The notes under the pieces were generated by a model. It was not told the DNA's origin, ran no database searches, and worked only from the letters and a program-made list of their open reading frames with translations. From the NCBI GenBank assembly GCA_026770705.1, contig JANJGN010000007.1:96844001-96908000 (forward strand): a stretch of DNA of 64,000 bases, read 5' to 3'. The stretch comes from Isurus oxyrinchus. Taxonomy: Eukaryota. Both the position numbers and the translations under genes were made by a program. Below are positions 51,331-64,000 of the stretch, piece after piece (position 1 is the first letter of the stretch; each line of letters opens with the position of its first letter).

Positions 51331-53900
51331 CCAAGCATATTTATGATGCATGGCAATGACTGCATACCGTGAAATAATGCAATACCATACCCTTCCCCAC
51401 ACCCACCCTCACACCCCGGCTCGGCTATGCACTGCCACGGCTAAACGGACCACCCCCTAAGCTAACGGCATGACAACATATTTTGCGACCGGTTGTGTGC
51501 TCGATATTTGACAGCTGCAATTGAACAGGCAGACATAGAAGAAATGCTCGACATGGAGGGATCAGGCATCCATTATTATTGATGGTTCTCCCAGACATCT
51601 TCATGAAACATTTGAAAACTAAACTAAGCATTAAAATTACAGGATGTCTACAGCCCCCAAATGCTCAAAGAAAAGTCAACAGAACATGGAAGTTCATACC
51701 AGTATTGTAGCGACTGTGATCAGATATGATATCCCGCAAGAAGTTCAATTATCACACATAAGCTTTTATGGACACTGAATTCATCTCCTGTAAAACTAAC
51801 CCAAGCTACTGTTCCCTTCTCCAAAACTTCATTACTTACCTGTTACAAACTTCTATCAATTAGGACTCACTCTTAACATACATATACTTCAGCTCACAAT
51901 CACACACTCAGCTCTGTTACCCAAAACAGAATCCCTTTGCTTGTACACGTTGCAGGCTCTTGAAACATAATTGGCACTCACTGAAGCAAATTGATATCCC
52001 CCGGCATCGTTCATTTTACCTTGAAGGATAACTTCGTCCAAAACCAAATGCAGCAGGAACAAACCACAACAGAAGAGGCACGTCAGTTTGCTCTAAACCC
52101 GTTGGATTTAATTGTGCCACTGTTATAGGAAAAGCTCTAACACGGTCCAATGATGACAGTGAGTCCGAAAACTTTGTAAATGATGGTTCATCTTTTCTTA
52201 CGTTCCTTCTCAAACACCATGCCTTGCTCACTTAAAAAAAAATCATCTGAAAGCCTGCAGATGGCTTATGCCTTCATCTCTTTTTTGTTTCCTCCCTATA
52301 AACATCGCTTTACCTTTGTCTTCTTCTTTTCAACTACTGGTCATTTCAATAGCCCAAGATGTGTAAGAAAGAAAGTCACAGAGCAGCAAGAAGAAATCAA
52401 TCATTTTGAACCAAGATCGGTACCACCAGCTTTGATATTTGACATTGTGTACATATTAGGAAATAGAGTAGAGGCTTGGCTTTCACGTGTTGAAACTGAC
52501 CCAGGGCAATGGGAGAAGATAGCAAAGGCACACTGTTACCAGAAGGCAGCGCCCATGCCCTAAACCTACCACAGAGGACAAACGTGAGTTATTCACTGTG
52601 TTAGGATACATGGATGGGCTGGATTTGATTGTCAAATACTACGTGTTTTTGGAAGTCTAAAAGTTAGCATGTGCTCAATGTCAAAAAGTATGGAGGACTC
52701 CAACACCAACTTTCCACATTACTTTGGACAGAACTTGAAGTACACTGTATGGTAGTGATGAGCCGACGCATCGGTATTCTCGTGTGCCTTACTTTGATGG
52801 TGCAAGTGATGGCCAATGTCTCAGCTTGCATTACGTAGCAGCTGCAATAAAATGTTTGAGTGCCTTAGCTCCAGCACAAAGTGGCCTGATGCAAGCTGGG
52901 ATTCAGGTTGATTCTGTTGTGGATGCAAATATCACTGCTCACAGCAGCGTTCAGAGGACCACTGAAGTCCATCACGCATTGTGTCACTGCCAGTGTCCCT
53001 GTGCTTTCCTGTCAGGCAGGAATGCTCTGCTACTGACGCATATGTTTTGCTAGCGCCAGCTGAAGCAAAACATTCAAAGCCCAGAACAGTTCCATGTTGT
53101 CCCTGCTGTGTGCATTCTTCTCTGCTTTATATCAGCGGCTTCCAACAAAAGGTTTTTCAGACAATGAGGTGACATTCCATAGAAGAAATAATGTCCCAAT
53201 GAAAATTGAACCTAAGATACTGTACAAATGTAATTAGTGAATGTTTGCTGTTCAGAAGGTTGTTTTTGAATTACGGCCCTGAGCATTTTGTCTGGGTCCA
53301 TGACAGAGAAGCGGTAAGGTGTATGACACCATTGATGAACCGGGAATTGTGCTTGTAATTCCTGGGATCACACATAGCTTAGTTTATCTTGTTGTCCTTA
53401 AAACAAAGAGCCTCCTCAGATTATGCTTGCATTATATTACTTTCTTGAACAGTCCCCCAGACTCCTTCTCTTCCTCCTCTTCATGATTCTCATCTTTCAC
53501 GTCCTGCATGATGGCTGATGCCAAGAGTTGTCCCTTCATGGCGGTAGCATTGGGCAGTTTACCAAAGTGAATTTTGAACCCAATCATCGAATGCTTGTTC
53601 TGCCTAGGCAGTGAAACCGTTGCTCCAGCGCGACAGTGATCTGATCTATCCAATTTGTTGCATCAGAATGGCTGTTATTGTACACATCCTGCATATGTTG
53701 CAAGCCAGATTCATGAATACTGAGCTTCGTCGATTAGCCTTCCATGCACCATTGTCACATCAGGGTTTTCTGTGGCGGTCGAAATAGGCAGTAGACAGTT
53801 GAATAATGACAGTCACATTATTTGACACAGGATACCGCTACGTGACCTGATGATTCATTCCGTATAAACGTGGGGGGGGGGGGGGGGGGGGGTGGTTTGG
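51330..53900 (-). mobile_element. Old, decayed Harbinger remnant (transposase C-terminus on -, Myb-ORF remnants on +)
   Basis: Minus strand ~53440-53700 reads YNNSHSDATNWIDQITVALEQRFHCLGR (cf. YNRSHSTTRAVVERHIGLLKVRFLCLDR) plus an acidic tail. Confidence 0.5.
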
Positions 53901-53999
53901 GGGGGCGGTGGAGGCGGGGGAGGGGTGGTGGTACAGCTATCTCTTAAAGCCTCATCCTATCTCTCGCTGAATTTCTCTGCCAAAGTATAATTCATTAAT

Positions 54000-54212
54000 A
54001 TGAAACAAAAAAAACTGTGGATGCTGGAAATCCAAAACAAAAACAGAGTTATCTGGAAAAACTCAGCAGGTCTAGCAGCATCGGTGGAGAAGAAAAGAGT
54101 TGACGTTTCGAGTCCTTATGACCCTTCAACAGAACTCGAAATGTCAACTCTTTTCTTCTCCGCCGATGCTGCCAGACCTGCTAAGTTTTTCCAGGTAACT
54201 CTGTTTTTGTTT
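54000..54212. mobile_element. Penelope-like element terminus (inverted pLTR fragment) with 14-bp TSD
   Basis: ~79-bp inverted arms (~54034-54112 / 54134-54212); TATAATTCATTAAT at 53986-53999 and 54213-54226. Confidence 0.8.
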
Positions 54213-54406
54213 TATAATTCATTAATCTGGTTGCTTATGAAACAAACCTTTGTCGCTGCCCTGATGGAATGGCGGTATGCAAATTATATGATTACATCAT
54301 CCCCAGCTCAAGCCTGGAAAGAGCCAGGACGAAATGTGTGCATGAAAGGGTAAACATTGCCTTACTCTGAAATGCAATTCTGGTTGCAGCAGTCTGTGGA
54401 TTTCAA

Positions 54407-55800
54407 TGATGGAGTCCACGTTGGAATGCAAACATTGCTTACATATTTTGTCGATATGGCCCCTATGATATAATGGATCTCTTGAAATTAACGATAGATG
54501 TGGTCTTCTAGGGAGACCCTTGACCTACCTTGTTCCCCACCCATTCCATCCTGCTTTAACAACTTGTCCTGCATTACGTTTTCTTTGATCATTCTCCTCT
54601 CATGCACTGTTTCACGTGGACAGGCCACGCTTACAGCGATGTCTGGGAGCAACTAATTGGTGCAGACATCCTGGAATTAAAATAAGCAAATCGTAAAGGT
54701 CATTACAAAATTGAAACATGAGGAGCTTAAAATATATGTGGAGTTGAAACAACAGCTATTAAAAAGCCAATCACGAATTAACCTGTGAATATTTGACACA
54801 CCGTTGAAATTGGGCTATGATAGGGTCACAAGTGTACACTTGTTTCAGAGACAATTTTGCGGATCCGTGGACATGTATAGGCTACAGCATGGGTGATGCT
54901 GTGTTTGTTTTCTCACCCACAATGACTCAATGAGGATTTTTCATTCCGATTGTCTGAAAAGGCAGGCTGATTACTGTTCCGCTTACACATCCCCTTTCGA
55001 GGACAGTCTCTTTTAGATGCTCTCTCGTAACTGGAAGTTTTCAGCCTACAAGCTGAAGAAAACACTTCGAATACCGATATTCATAATGAACTTCCAGTGC
55101 CCTTCTTCCGACCCGAAGGCAAAATCTGGGCAATTGCACTTCATAATTCGAATTTTCAAAAATGTTTCTTTAAATGTTACAGCTGACCAGGTGAACGTCC
55201 TCCTTTGACATTGAGCTCATTATTTCGCCCACTTCACTGTCCTGTGCATAATGCGCCTCTATCCTCGTCTCTTCTCCTGATCATCACTTGCTGGGAGACG
55301 GCACAGGCTCAGGGTAGCCAATGCCAACCTTGTGTTTAGTGACCATTGTAGGACCCATTCATCTGCAGCATCCTACCATCCTGCATACGTGCCATCAATT
55401 ACTTATATTGAAACCTTTATTTCTCATGTGACTTGCAATTTTATATCTGAGTCCTTGCCGTTTAAATCATCTCCAAACAAATAAATTGTGCATCAGGCTA
55501 ATGTGGTTGCTTTCCCAAAAGTCTATCGATTTTTGTTTCATTTAATAACAGGAAATGTTTCCCAGTTTGAATAAAATATGGGAGCATTCGGCCTTGCTGC
55601 TGATATTTTGGTAAAAATATCACAGACGCTCAACCACAGCATTTTTGCCTATTTTACTATGCATAAAAGGATAAGACAAAACAACAATATGAATGTTGTA
55701 TGCTGCGCATGGTTTGTGTTGGGTTTGCATCAGCCTCCAACGCTAATGCTGGAGATCTGAAGCACATCAGACATTCCTGCCTCGTAGTGCCTTAAATCTT
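54407..55800 (+). repeat. Intronic segment paralogous to 1-1400 (duplication copy 2)
   Basis: Same colinear blocks as listed for 1-1400. Confidence 0.85.
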
Positions 55801-55889
55801 TCACAGTTGGAGTCAATGGGATTCCGGGATGCAGGGGGTGGGGTTGGGGTTGGGGATGAACTCTCCCCTAGTTGGCGTCATATCTTGCA

Positions 55890-56900
55890 AAAAGAAACAT
55901 GGTTGAGGATTCTGGCGGTCAGTCACTTCAGCTCCAGAACATCACTGGAGCAATTCCTCAAGATAGTGCCCTCGGCCCAAACATCTTCAGCTGCTTCATC
56001 AATGACCTTCCATGATAAGATCAGAAGTGGGGGTGCTCGCTGATGATTGCACAATGTAAAGCACCATTCATGACTCCTCAGATTCTGAAACACTCCGTCC
56101 CTAAATCCATGAAGTCCTGGGCAACATCCCGGCTTGGGCTGAGAAGTGGCAAGTAACAGCTGCGCGCTACAATTATCAGGCAATAACCAACTCCAACAAG
56201 AGATAATCAAGCCTAACTGCTTGAATCCCCCACTATAAACATCCTGAGGATTACCAGTGACGCTACGCTGTACAGGACTAGCCATAGGAAACACTGTGGC
56301 CACAACAGCAGGTCAGTGCCTAGGAATTGTGCCACGAGTAACTCACCTCCTGACTCCCCAAAGCCTGTCCACCATTTACGAGACACAAGTCTGGAGTGTA
56401 ATGGAATACTCCCCACTTGACTGGATGAGTGTGGCTTCCAGAACACTCAAGAATCTTGACACCGTCCAGGACAAATCAGTCCACTTGATTGGTACCTCAT
56501 TGAAAACATTCACTCCCTCCACCACTGATGCAGAGTAGCAGCAGTGTTTACAATCTACAAGGTGCATTGCAGGAAATCACCAAGGCATCTTCGACAGCAT
56601 TTTCCAAACCCACGATCACCACCATCTAGAAGGGCAAGTGCAGCAGGTTGATGGGAACACCACTGCCTGGATGATTCCTTCCAAGTCACTCACCATACTG
56701 ACTTGGAACTATATCGCCATTCAATTACTGCAGCTGGGCCTAAATCTGGGATCTCCCTTCCTAAATGTGGATGTACCTACACCACATGTACTGCAGCGAT
56801 TCATGGAGGCAGCTCACCATCCCCTAGCCAAAGGCAACTTGCGATGGGCAATAAATGATAACCCAGCCAGGGAAACCGACATTCAGTGGATAAATGAAAA
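55890..56900 (+). mobile_element. LINE 3' part (RT to tail), same family as 22870-26546
   Basis: GAIPQDSALGPNIFSCFINDL, ADDCTM, IYETQVWSVMEYSPLDW; tail GATGGGCAATAAATG...ATGAAAAA. Confidence 0.9.
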
Positions 56901-56992
56901 AGATACTACATTATGGCATGAAATACCATAATGTATAATCTGCAATTACCTATAGGATTCGTGGTTTTTCCTCTTCTCAACTCTCACAATTT

Positions 56993-57612
56993 CGGGCTAG
57001 ACCTTCAAAGGACGTTGAAAGGAAACGCTGCAGAAACAAGTAACGGCCGAAAGTTGCCACTCTCGGCGTTTCCTGGAGATTTTGCTGTGCAGCCACGAGA
57101 AGAACAAAATCGGAAAGATTCAGTGCGCAGAACACTGAAAACGGCAATTGCATAATAAACTGGGAACTCCTCATCAACTTTCCACCGGGAAGGAGGTCCC
57201 GGGTCAATTCGGCCGGCCTATTGTTTTTGGCAAATTGGCATTGCGGACTCTGCTGCGAATGTTTGTTTTGAGCAGACCTCGTCAGAGGAACACAACACCA
57301 TGTTCTTACACCCATCAACAGGCATCGTGACGTTCCCTATACGTCCAAGCATTCGGGCTCTCGTAAGCAGCTAGGCAGTTTGGTCTCTGTCGCTCCGGCT
57401 GATGGACTGGATCAGAATGTTGTCGAGCGTTGGAGGTCAGTGCCTGTCTGTGCTGGTGCTCATTTTCATAGCTACCTGTTATTTTCATAAATTGGTTTCT
57501 CATTAAATCCCGTAGTTGTAAAACTTCCATATAATTAGTGAAGTTTCGTTGTTCTTACGGCAGATGAAATGATTCACTGAACCCCGTGATTTTTCTCCGA
57601 AAATTTCATCTC
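56993..57612. mobile_element. Possible old MITE
   Basis: GGGCTAGACCTT...AAAATTTCATC weak TIR-like ends; CpG-rich interior. Confidence 0.3.
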
Positions 57613-57638
57613 TCAAATTCGGATTTGATTCTCCGTAT

Positions 57639-57963
57639 GCTCCGTTCAAACATCGGTGAAAGTGATTAGGCTGCCTGAGAACGTGAGCAAAATCACTGGT
57701 AACAACTTTTCATTTCATTGCGCGTGTCCATAATTTTTGAAAGAACGCCTCAGCTGTGAATGTACTCTGGTGGATAGTGAGTGACATCCAATCTCTCGGC
57801 ACGGAACAAGATGAAAGATAATTAAGCGACTTCAAGAATGAAATTAGTGTTTTCCTTCAGATCAACAATGTGAGTGTATTTGATGTAGGAGTATACGATT
57901 GCACTGTCACCCATCGAGACAAATTGGCTGGAAATGTAATAAGGTTCAATTTATCCGTGTGGG
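57639..57963 (+). pseudogene. Ig V-set domain pseudo-exon (joined VJ type) of IgSF gene 2
   Basis: SVQTSVKVIRLPENVSKITGNNFSFHCACP*, frameshift, NASAVNVLWW...FLQINNVSVFDVGVYDCTVTHRDKLAGNVIRFNLSVW|GT. C, W and DxGxYxC motifs present; two stops, one frameshift, acceptor AG appears mutated to AT. Confidence 0.8.
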
Positions 57964-58079
57964 GTCGGCATGAAGAATAAATTAAATGAGCTGTCTGTAG
58001 CTACCAATTCACATTTGAAAGAATTTTCGATTTTACTTTGAAATGTTTACATTTTAAACTAACATAAGTTTTTAAAACA

Positions 58080-58252
58080 AATTTCATTCAGTGTATGTGG
58101 GATTCACTGACCAGGCAAACATTTGTTGCCATTCCCTAACTACCGTTGAACTCAGTACCTTGTTCCACCAATTCCGAGTGTATTTAAGATCGAACCATTT
58201 TACCGTGGGCTTGGATTCACCCGTCGGCCCGGTCAGATAACGATGGCAAAAT
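58080..58252 (-). mobile_element. 5'-truncated SINE (head-tail junction + tail)
   Basis: Reverse complement joins head sequence (..CTTAAATACACTCGGAATTGG..TACTGAG) to the LINE tail (TTCAACGGTAGTTAGGGAATGGCAACAAATG). Confidence 0.65.
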
Positions 58253-58859
58253 AAGGCCGTATGGCCTGTCCAGCTAGCAACGTAGGTTCCATTTGCTTTG
58301 TATGTATATACTCAAAATGCATCGTTGGCCGCTATGCTCACTATTCTATTATGTAATCCAACATTTCAACAATATTTAGCAGGATGGGCTGTATATTTTA
58401 GTCGTTTCATCGAACTTGCAGTTACTGTGTAGGAAAACATAACTTCAAGTAGAATTGCAGCATCATTAAAGGAGATGTATATGCTAGCTACCAGTAAGAG
58501 TCCACCACAGTGCACACGGATTTGAAGATACTTGATGGTTTATTTGGTTTACCTTGGCCATGGAGGTATGAACGTTACAACCGGAATTTATATTTGTGCA
58601 CGGTAATTTAATTAGGTGTATCGAAGATCCTTGAAACCTTTCATTACTAACACATAAATACATGCTGTTTGCTGTTGAACATTTTCACAAAGAGAATAAA
58701 ATTGAACGTTATTAAACAACAATGCTGGACTATTCTTCACTGGACATAAACGTAAGACATATTTCAGTACAAACCCCAGTAAATGAGTCAAATCACATTA
58801 TTCCATTACTCTAATACACTGTTCCATATTCATATCTCAAAGGTAATAAACCCTGAATT

Positions 58860-61800
58860 ATAACCTGAGGCACGTGCAAACTGGCATAAGGAAAATATAA
58901 TCAAATTAATGAATGTATGGCTCAAAGACTGGTGGGGAAATATTATGCCCCGGTTTGTTGACGATGGGCACCAGCCCTGTGGAAAGCAGGCAGCGTATTA
59001 TTATTGGACTGGTAATCCAGGGACCTAAGGTAATGTTCTAGCAACCCGGTTTCAAATCACAGCATGACAGATGGTGGAATTTTAATTGAATAGAAATCTA
59101 GAATTTAAAGTCTCCTGATGACCATGAAAACATTGCAGTTGTCATGCAAACACATCTGTATTAATAATGTCCGAAGGGATGCACATCTGCTGTCCTTAGC
59201 TGGTCTGGTGCCCTCACTGACGTGTGACGCCAGACCCAGAGCAATGTTGCTGACTGTCAAGTGCAATTTTGGGTGGCTAATAAATGCTGGCACAGCCATC
59301 GTTGCTCGCACCCCATCAATGAATAAAACATAAACATGTACCCCTGGGGCTTTCCATGCCTGAGCTGTTCTGGGGCTGATACCCTAGTAAGACGCAAACC
59401 TAGTGAAGCAGAGAGTATTTAAAACTAATCAGTGGGTGAAAGAGATCAAAACTAAAAAGTAGACAAGGTAAGACAGAAAGGTGAGACACTGGAAATGAAA
59501 AAAACGAATGTAACAAGATGGGGCAGAGAGCAGAAATCTATTACTCAATCAGCAGTGAAGGCAATATGTTACAAAAATATTACCTTGACAAAATGAAATG
59601 CATTGTATCTAAATATACATTGCATTTGAAACAAACCAGATTAACTAGTAGAGCAAATAGAAATAAATAAATACACATGATAGCTATTACAGTGACATGG
59701 ACCTGAATGTTGATCGTTTGCATCATTTCAGATGAACAGGATGCTACAGAAAGTCGGAGGGATAGTTCTGTCAATTACTATTGGTATTAGCACATTAACG
59801 AGGGATGACCTAAGTTCAGGAAAGCAGAATATAGAGGCAGTTTGGGTTGAGGTGAGAAAAGATAACAGCAGAAAAGTCATTTGTAGGTGTACAGGACCTG
59901 TAATTGTAAATACTTGGTACGACAGCTTATAAGGAAATAGATATTGAGGCTTTGAGAGAAAGGTGTTGCGCTAAACATGGGATATTTTAATCTGTAGATA
60001 GACCAGGAAAGCCAGATGGGCAAATGTACCCTACGTGGTGAATTGTTAGAACATTTCCAGGATAGTTTATTGAAACAGCACGCGTGGACACAGCCAGAGG
60101 AAGGCTATACTAAACCTCGCACTGTGCAAAGCGATGGCATTAATTGATAAACTTTAGCTAATAACGCCCGAGACAGCAGCGATCATCTGACTAAATTTTT
60201 CATTCAGTTCATTGGAGAAAAAGGTGAATCCAAGACCAGTAGTTTGAACTTTAGTAAGGCCCAGTAAATAAGTGAACTAGCCAATGAGATTAAGGGATAT
60301 GTCCATAGAGATGCAGTGGGAGATTTTTAAAGGGAAATTCCATAATACTCAGAAAAGTTACTTTTGAATGAGGAAGAAAACTTCGGAGGGGAAAGAACAC
60401 CATCCCTTGATTTGTTTTTACAAATGTTATAGTGAGCATCAAACTTAAAGAAAATACATAAATTTGCTCAACGTTGGGTGGCAGTATGGAAGATTGGGCA
60501 TAACATATGGAACATCATCAAAATAGCAAAAAAGATTAATAATTAGGGAAAAATGAAGTATGAGAGGAAGCTTGCTGGAAATATGAGAAACAATAGTAAG
60601 AGTTTCTATAAATATTTAAATAATACAGGAATTAACAACGCGAGCGTTGGTCCAAATGGAAGCGATTGTGGGGAATAAAGAATGGAAATTAACGAAAGGG
60701 TGGATAATTTGTACAGCTATTTTGCATCGTTGTTCACTATAGAGGATGTGAGTAACACCCAAGAAATAGCTTAAATCAGGAAATGTAAGAGAGCGAGGAA
60801 CTCAGGAAAATATCGAGCACCAGGGAAGTGGTACAAAGAAAATTGATGGATTTGCAGGATGACAAATCCACGGGTCCTGGTGGACTTCATCCTAGGGTCT
60901 TGAAAGAAGTTGCTACAGAGAAAGGTAATGCGTTAATTTTATTTTTGTCAAAACGTACTACATTCTGTGAATGTTCAGTTAGATTGTAAAATATCAAATG
61001 TCACTCTTTTAATGCAAAAAACAATTCACAGGAAGATTAAAAGTACAGGGCAGTTACCTTATCATTTGTCGAAGGGAAAATGTTAGAAGCTACTTTTAAC
61101 AATCTTCTCAAAACGCACAGATTGGCATGGATAGATGATTGGCTAGCTAACAATAAACAGAATAAACATAAACGGTTTTTATTTTTTTGGTTGGTTTGAT
61201 GTGCCTAGAGGTGTCGCCATATTTCCTTTCAGAATTTAAGTAAAAGATTTTGGTGAAGAGAAAGACAATCTAGTTGCTAACTTTGCCGATGAGATAATAA
61301 TAGTTAGGAAAATAAGTTGTGAAGAGGTCATAAGAGCCTAAAAAGTGTCCTACATAGGTTAAGTGAGTGGGCAACGATCTGGCAAATTGAGTATTGTGCG
61401 GGAAAATGTGAAAGCATCCAATTTGGAAGGAGGAAAATACAAATAAAATGTATTCTATATAGGAGAGACTGTAGAGCTGTGATGTTCAGAGGGATCTTAC
61501 TGTCCTAGTGCTTGACTCACAAAAGGCTACCGTGCAGGTACAGCATTTGATTAGGAAAGTTAGTATGCTATTATACTAACTACGTATTGTCAGAGGAAAA
61601 GATTACTAAAGCAAGAATGTCATTCTTCAGGCGCACAGAGCATTGTTGGCAATATTGATTTCCTTATGTAACGGGAGTAAATCAATGCACTGGAAGCAGT
61701 CCAGGGGAGGTATGCTAGTCTAAAACCATGAATGCAACGCTATCTTATGAGGGTTAGACAGGTTAGGTTTGAATGCATTGGATCCAAGGAGAGTAGAAGT

Positions 61801-62190
61801 GATTTGGTAGATATTTTTAAGAAGCACAGCGGTCCTGACAGACTGGATCCGGCGAGGATGTTGCTTCTTCTTGGAGAATCAAGAACTAGGGGTCCAAGTT
61901 TGAAAATCAGGGGTCGCTCATTTACGAAAGCGATTAGTATTTTTTTTCATCTCAGGGGGCAGTGAACTTTTGGAACTCTTGCGCTCAAAAGGCAATATGA
62001 ATATTGTTTTAGGGAAGAGTTGATATATTCTTGATAAAAAGAGGGTGAACTGTTACTGGGAGTAGGTATGAATGTAGAGTCGAGGTTGCAGCCATCGCAA
62101 GCATGTTCTAATGGAATGACGGAGTCAGCTCAAGAGGCTGAGTGGTCTAACCCTACTGGTAATTCCTATGTTTTCATGTTTGTATGTTCA
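58860..62190 (+). mobile_element. Near full-length decayed CR1 LINE (ORF1 end + ORF2)
   Basis: NVWLKDWWG (ORF1 esterase-like), IAITVTW, EAVWVEVR, DKSTGPGGLHPRVLKE, NFADE, LLGESRTRGPSLKIRGR. Confidence 0.85.
58987..59335 (+). mobile_element. tRNA-derived SINE inserted in the CR1
   Basis: GGACTGGTAATCCAGGGACC, B-box-like GTTTCAAATC, body matching the reverse complement of 26270-26530, tail AATAAATGCTGGC...ATGAATAAAA. Confidence 0.85.
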
Positions 62191-62300
62191 AATACAATTT
62201 CATAAAGAAAACACTACTAACAAAATCTATATTCTATGTAGCTTTCGAGGCATGTATGCAATAGATATGAACTAACGGGCGAATTGTGGTCAGACATACC

Positions 62301-63194
62301 ACATGCTAAAACCAGTATCATTTGTCAGAGAAGCATCTCCCTCGGATTCCTAATCAACAGATCCACCCACTTCTCCAGACAGTTGTTGCACCATGAGCCA
62401 ACTGGTCTCACTGAACGCTGTCTTTTGTATGAGGGATTCCAATTTCCATACTCAATGATATCTCCATGCAATCTATTGCAATTGTTGAGTCCAAGTGGAT
62501 GACTTCAACAAGGATCCAACTCTAGAGTTTCAGTCTCACCTTCTGAAATTCCTTTCCTCTGGGTCTCCGTGTGGACTCAAGATTCCCTTTCCAAGCAAAC
62601 TTTCAGATCGTCGGCCATGTCAAGCAGAATACCATAGCTCCAAAGGATACCTTTGCCCTTATGACTGGAGTAAAGAGTTACCAATGTTCTGCTGCCAACT
62701 CGCATCTTCAGTCATCTGTCAAACCCAAGTTGATTGAATTATGCTCCTCGCAGGTTTCTCTTTAACTCGAAGGATATTGCTCGTCTCCTTTCCCTAAATA
62801 TTTTTCAAAGGATTTATTTCTGATCTCCACCCTCGTCCCTGAACTAAGAATATCTTCAATGAGATTTTAACTGACAGTCTAGCTGGTCAGGCATCCACGT
62901 CTCTGTTTGGGACCTTCTCCCTGTCTTCGTTCCATGCCCTGATCTATGGGGCACCTTTTGTGCAAAGACACAGAGTTGGATCCTTGTTGTAGTCATCCAC
63001 ATGGACGCGGCAATAGTGATAGATTGCATGGAGATATCATTGAGTATGGAGATTGGAATCCCTCGTACAAAAGACAACATTCAGTGAGACCGGTTGGCTC
63101 ATGGTGCAACAAGTGTCTGGAGAAGTGGGTGGATCTGTTGATGAGGAATCCGAGGGAGATGCTTCTCTGACAAATGATACTGGTTTTAGCATGT
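62301..63194. repeat. Long inverted repeat: 223-bp arms (62301-62523 / 62972-63194), 448-bp spacer
   Basis: Arms are reverse complements with about 15 mismatches counted by eye. Confidence 0.92.
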
Positions 63195-64000
63195 CTTCAG
63201 GTCATCTGACCTCCAGTTTCCCGCCATTTCACTTTTTCCTCTTCTTTTATTCTGCGCATATGTGCACGGCCAGGTCCCGGCAAAAGACACAAAATAAAAA
63301 TGAACTGCACACGTGCGCAGTGCCATTTCCATCAAGTAGACGAGAAAATTCCCCAAGTGATCATGTGTGCTATTCTTCGACTGGTGCAAGTGCAAACAAA
63401 ACCACGAAGAGCTTTGAAAAACAAGCCTAACTGTGCAGTAGTTCTTCGGCAAGTGCATGTGCAAAAGGCTCTAAGTTCCCTCTGCGATTCAAAAAGTTAG
63501 ATTCTTTCCCCCATTTTTGTCCTGGGATTCGCCACACCAAACAATTGACACTTACAACCACCAGCTTAGATTTAACTAATAATCACCTGCAAATAATGAA
63601 ATGTTAAGATCTCTATCTTCAGCCTGGAAGGAGCCCGAACCATGTGAGTTCATTGCAAGGTCAATCAGTCCATGCACTGAGATTGCAGTTGCCTGTGCAG
63701 CTGTTTGTGGGTTTCAATGATGGAATCCTTAATGAGGCCTCAACACCTCTTGGCCAAATCCCTAGAGGCGAATTGAACTGCTGACACTATCCACATATAT
63801 GGCCTCCATTGGAGAATCTTGAACTCCTCTTTCCCCTCCGACAACAACCTCTTTTAATAGCCTATCCTGCTTTACTTTGCCATTGATCATTCCCTTGCCA
63901 ATGCACTATTTCAGTTGGAGAGATTGTTCATGGAACGATGACTGGGCACAATTAATTGGGGCAGAAAAATTCAAATTAACACTAACCAAACACTAACACT

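Noticed and set aside
58987-59070. tRNA gene
   Set aside because: Degenerate tRNA-derived SINE head followed by SINE body and LINE tail; no intact cloverleaf.

Overview
Repeat-dense vertebrate genomic DNA. The repeat families and Ig-domain style suggest a cartilaginous fish (shark-like); this is inference. No intact host protein-coding gene is supported. The host content is two decayed, tandemly duplicated Ig-superfamily receptor genes of V+C1 type (SIRP/NKp30-like) on the + strand. Gene 1 has two C1 pseudo-exons and a probable TM exon at 1.8-6.1 kb. Gene 2 has a candidate leader at 41.2 kb and a V pseudo-exon at 57.6 kb. About 1.4 kb of intron is shared between them (1-1400 vs ~54407-55800). 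The rest is mostly transposable elements: a full-length decayed PIF/Harbinger (TIRs, 3-bp TSD, transposase plus spliced Myb/SANT gene) with a complete histone H4 pseudogene inside its left end; Harbinger-type MITEs; many CR1 LINEs; an L2; a LINE family whose 5' end is a tRNA-derived SINE head, plus head+tail SINEs; solo LTRs; a Gypsy with integrase directly after the protease region; a Penelope-type inverted terminus with a 14-bp TSD; and two long unexplained inverted repeats. Most ORF-track entries are TE fragments or spurious. Boundaries of decayed repeats are approximate and were read by eye.
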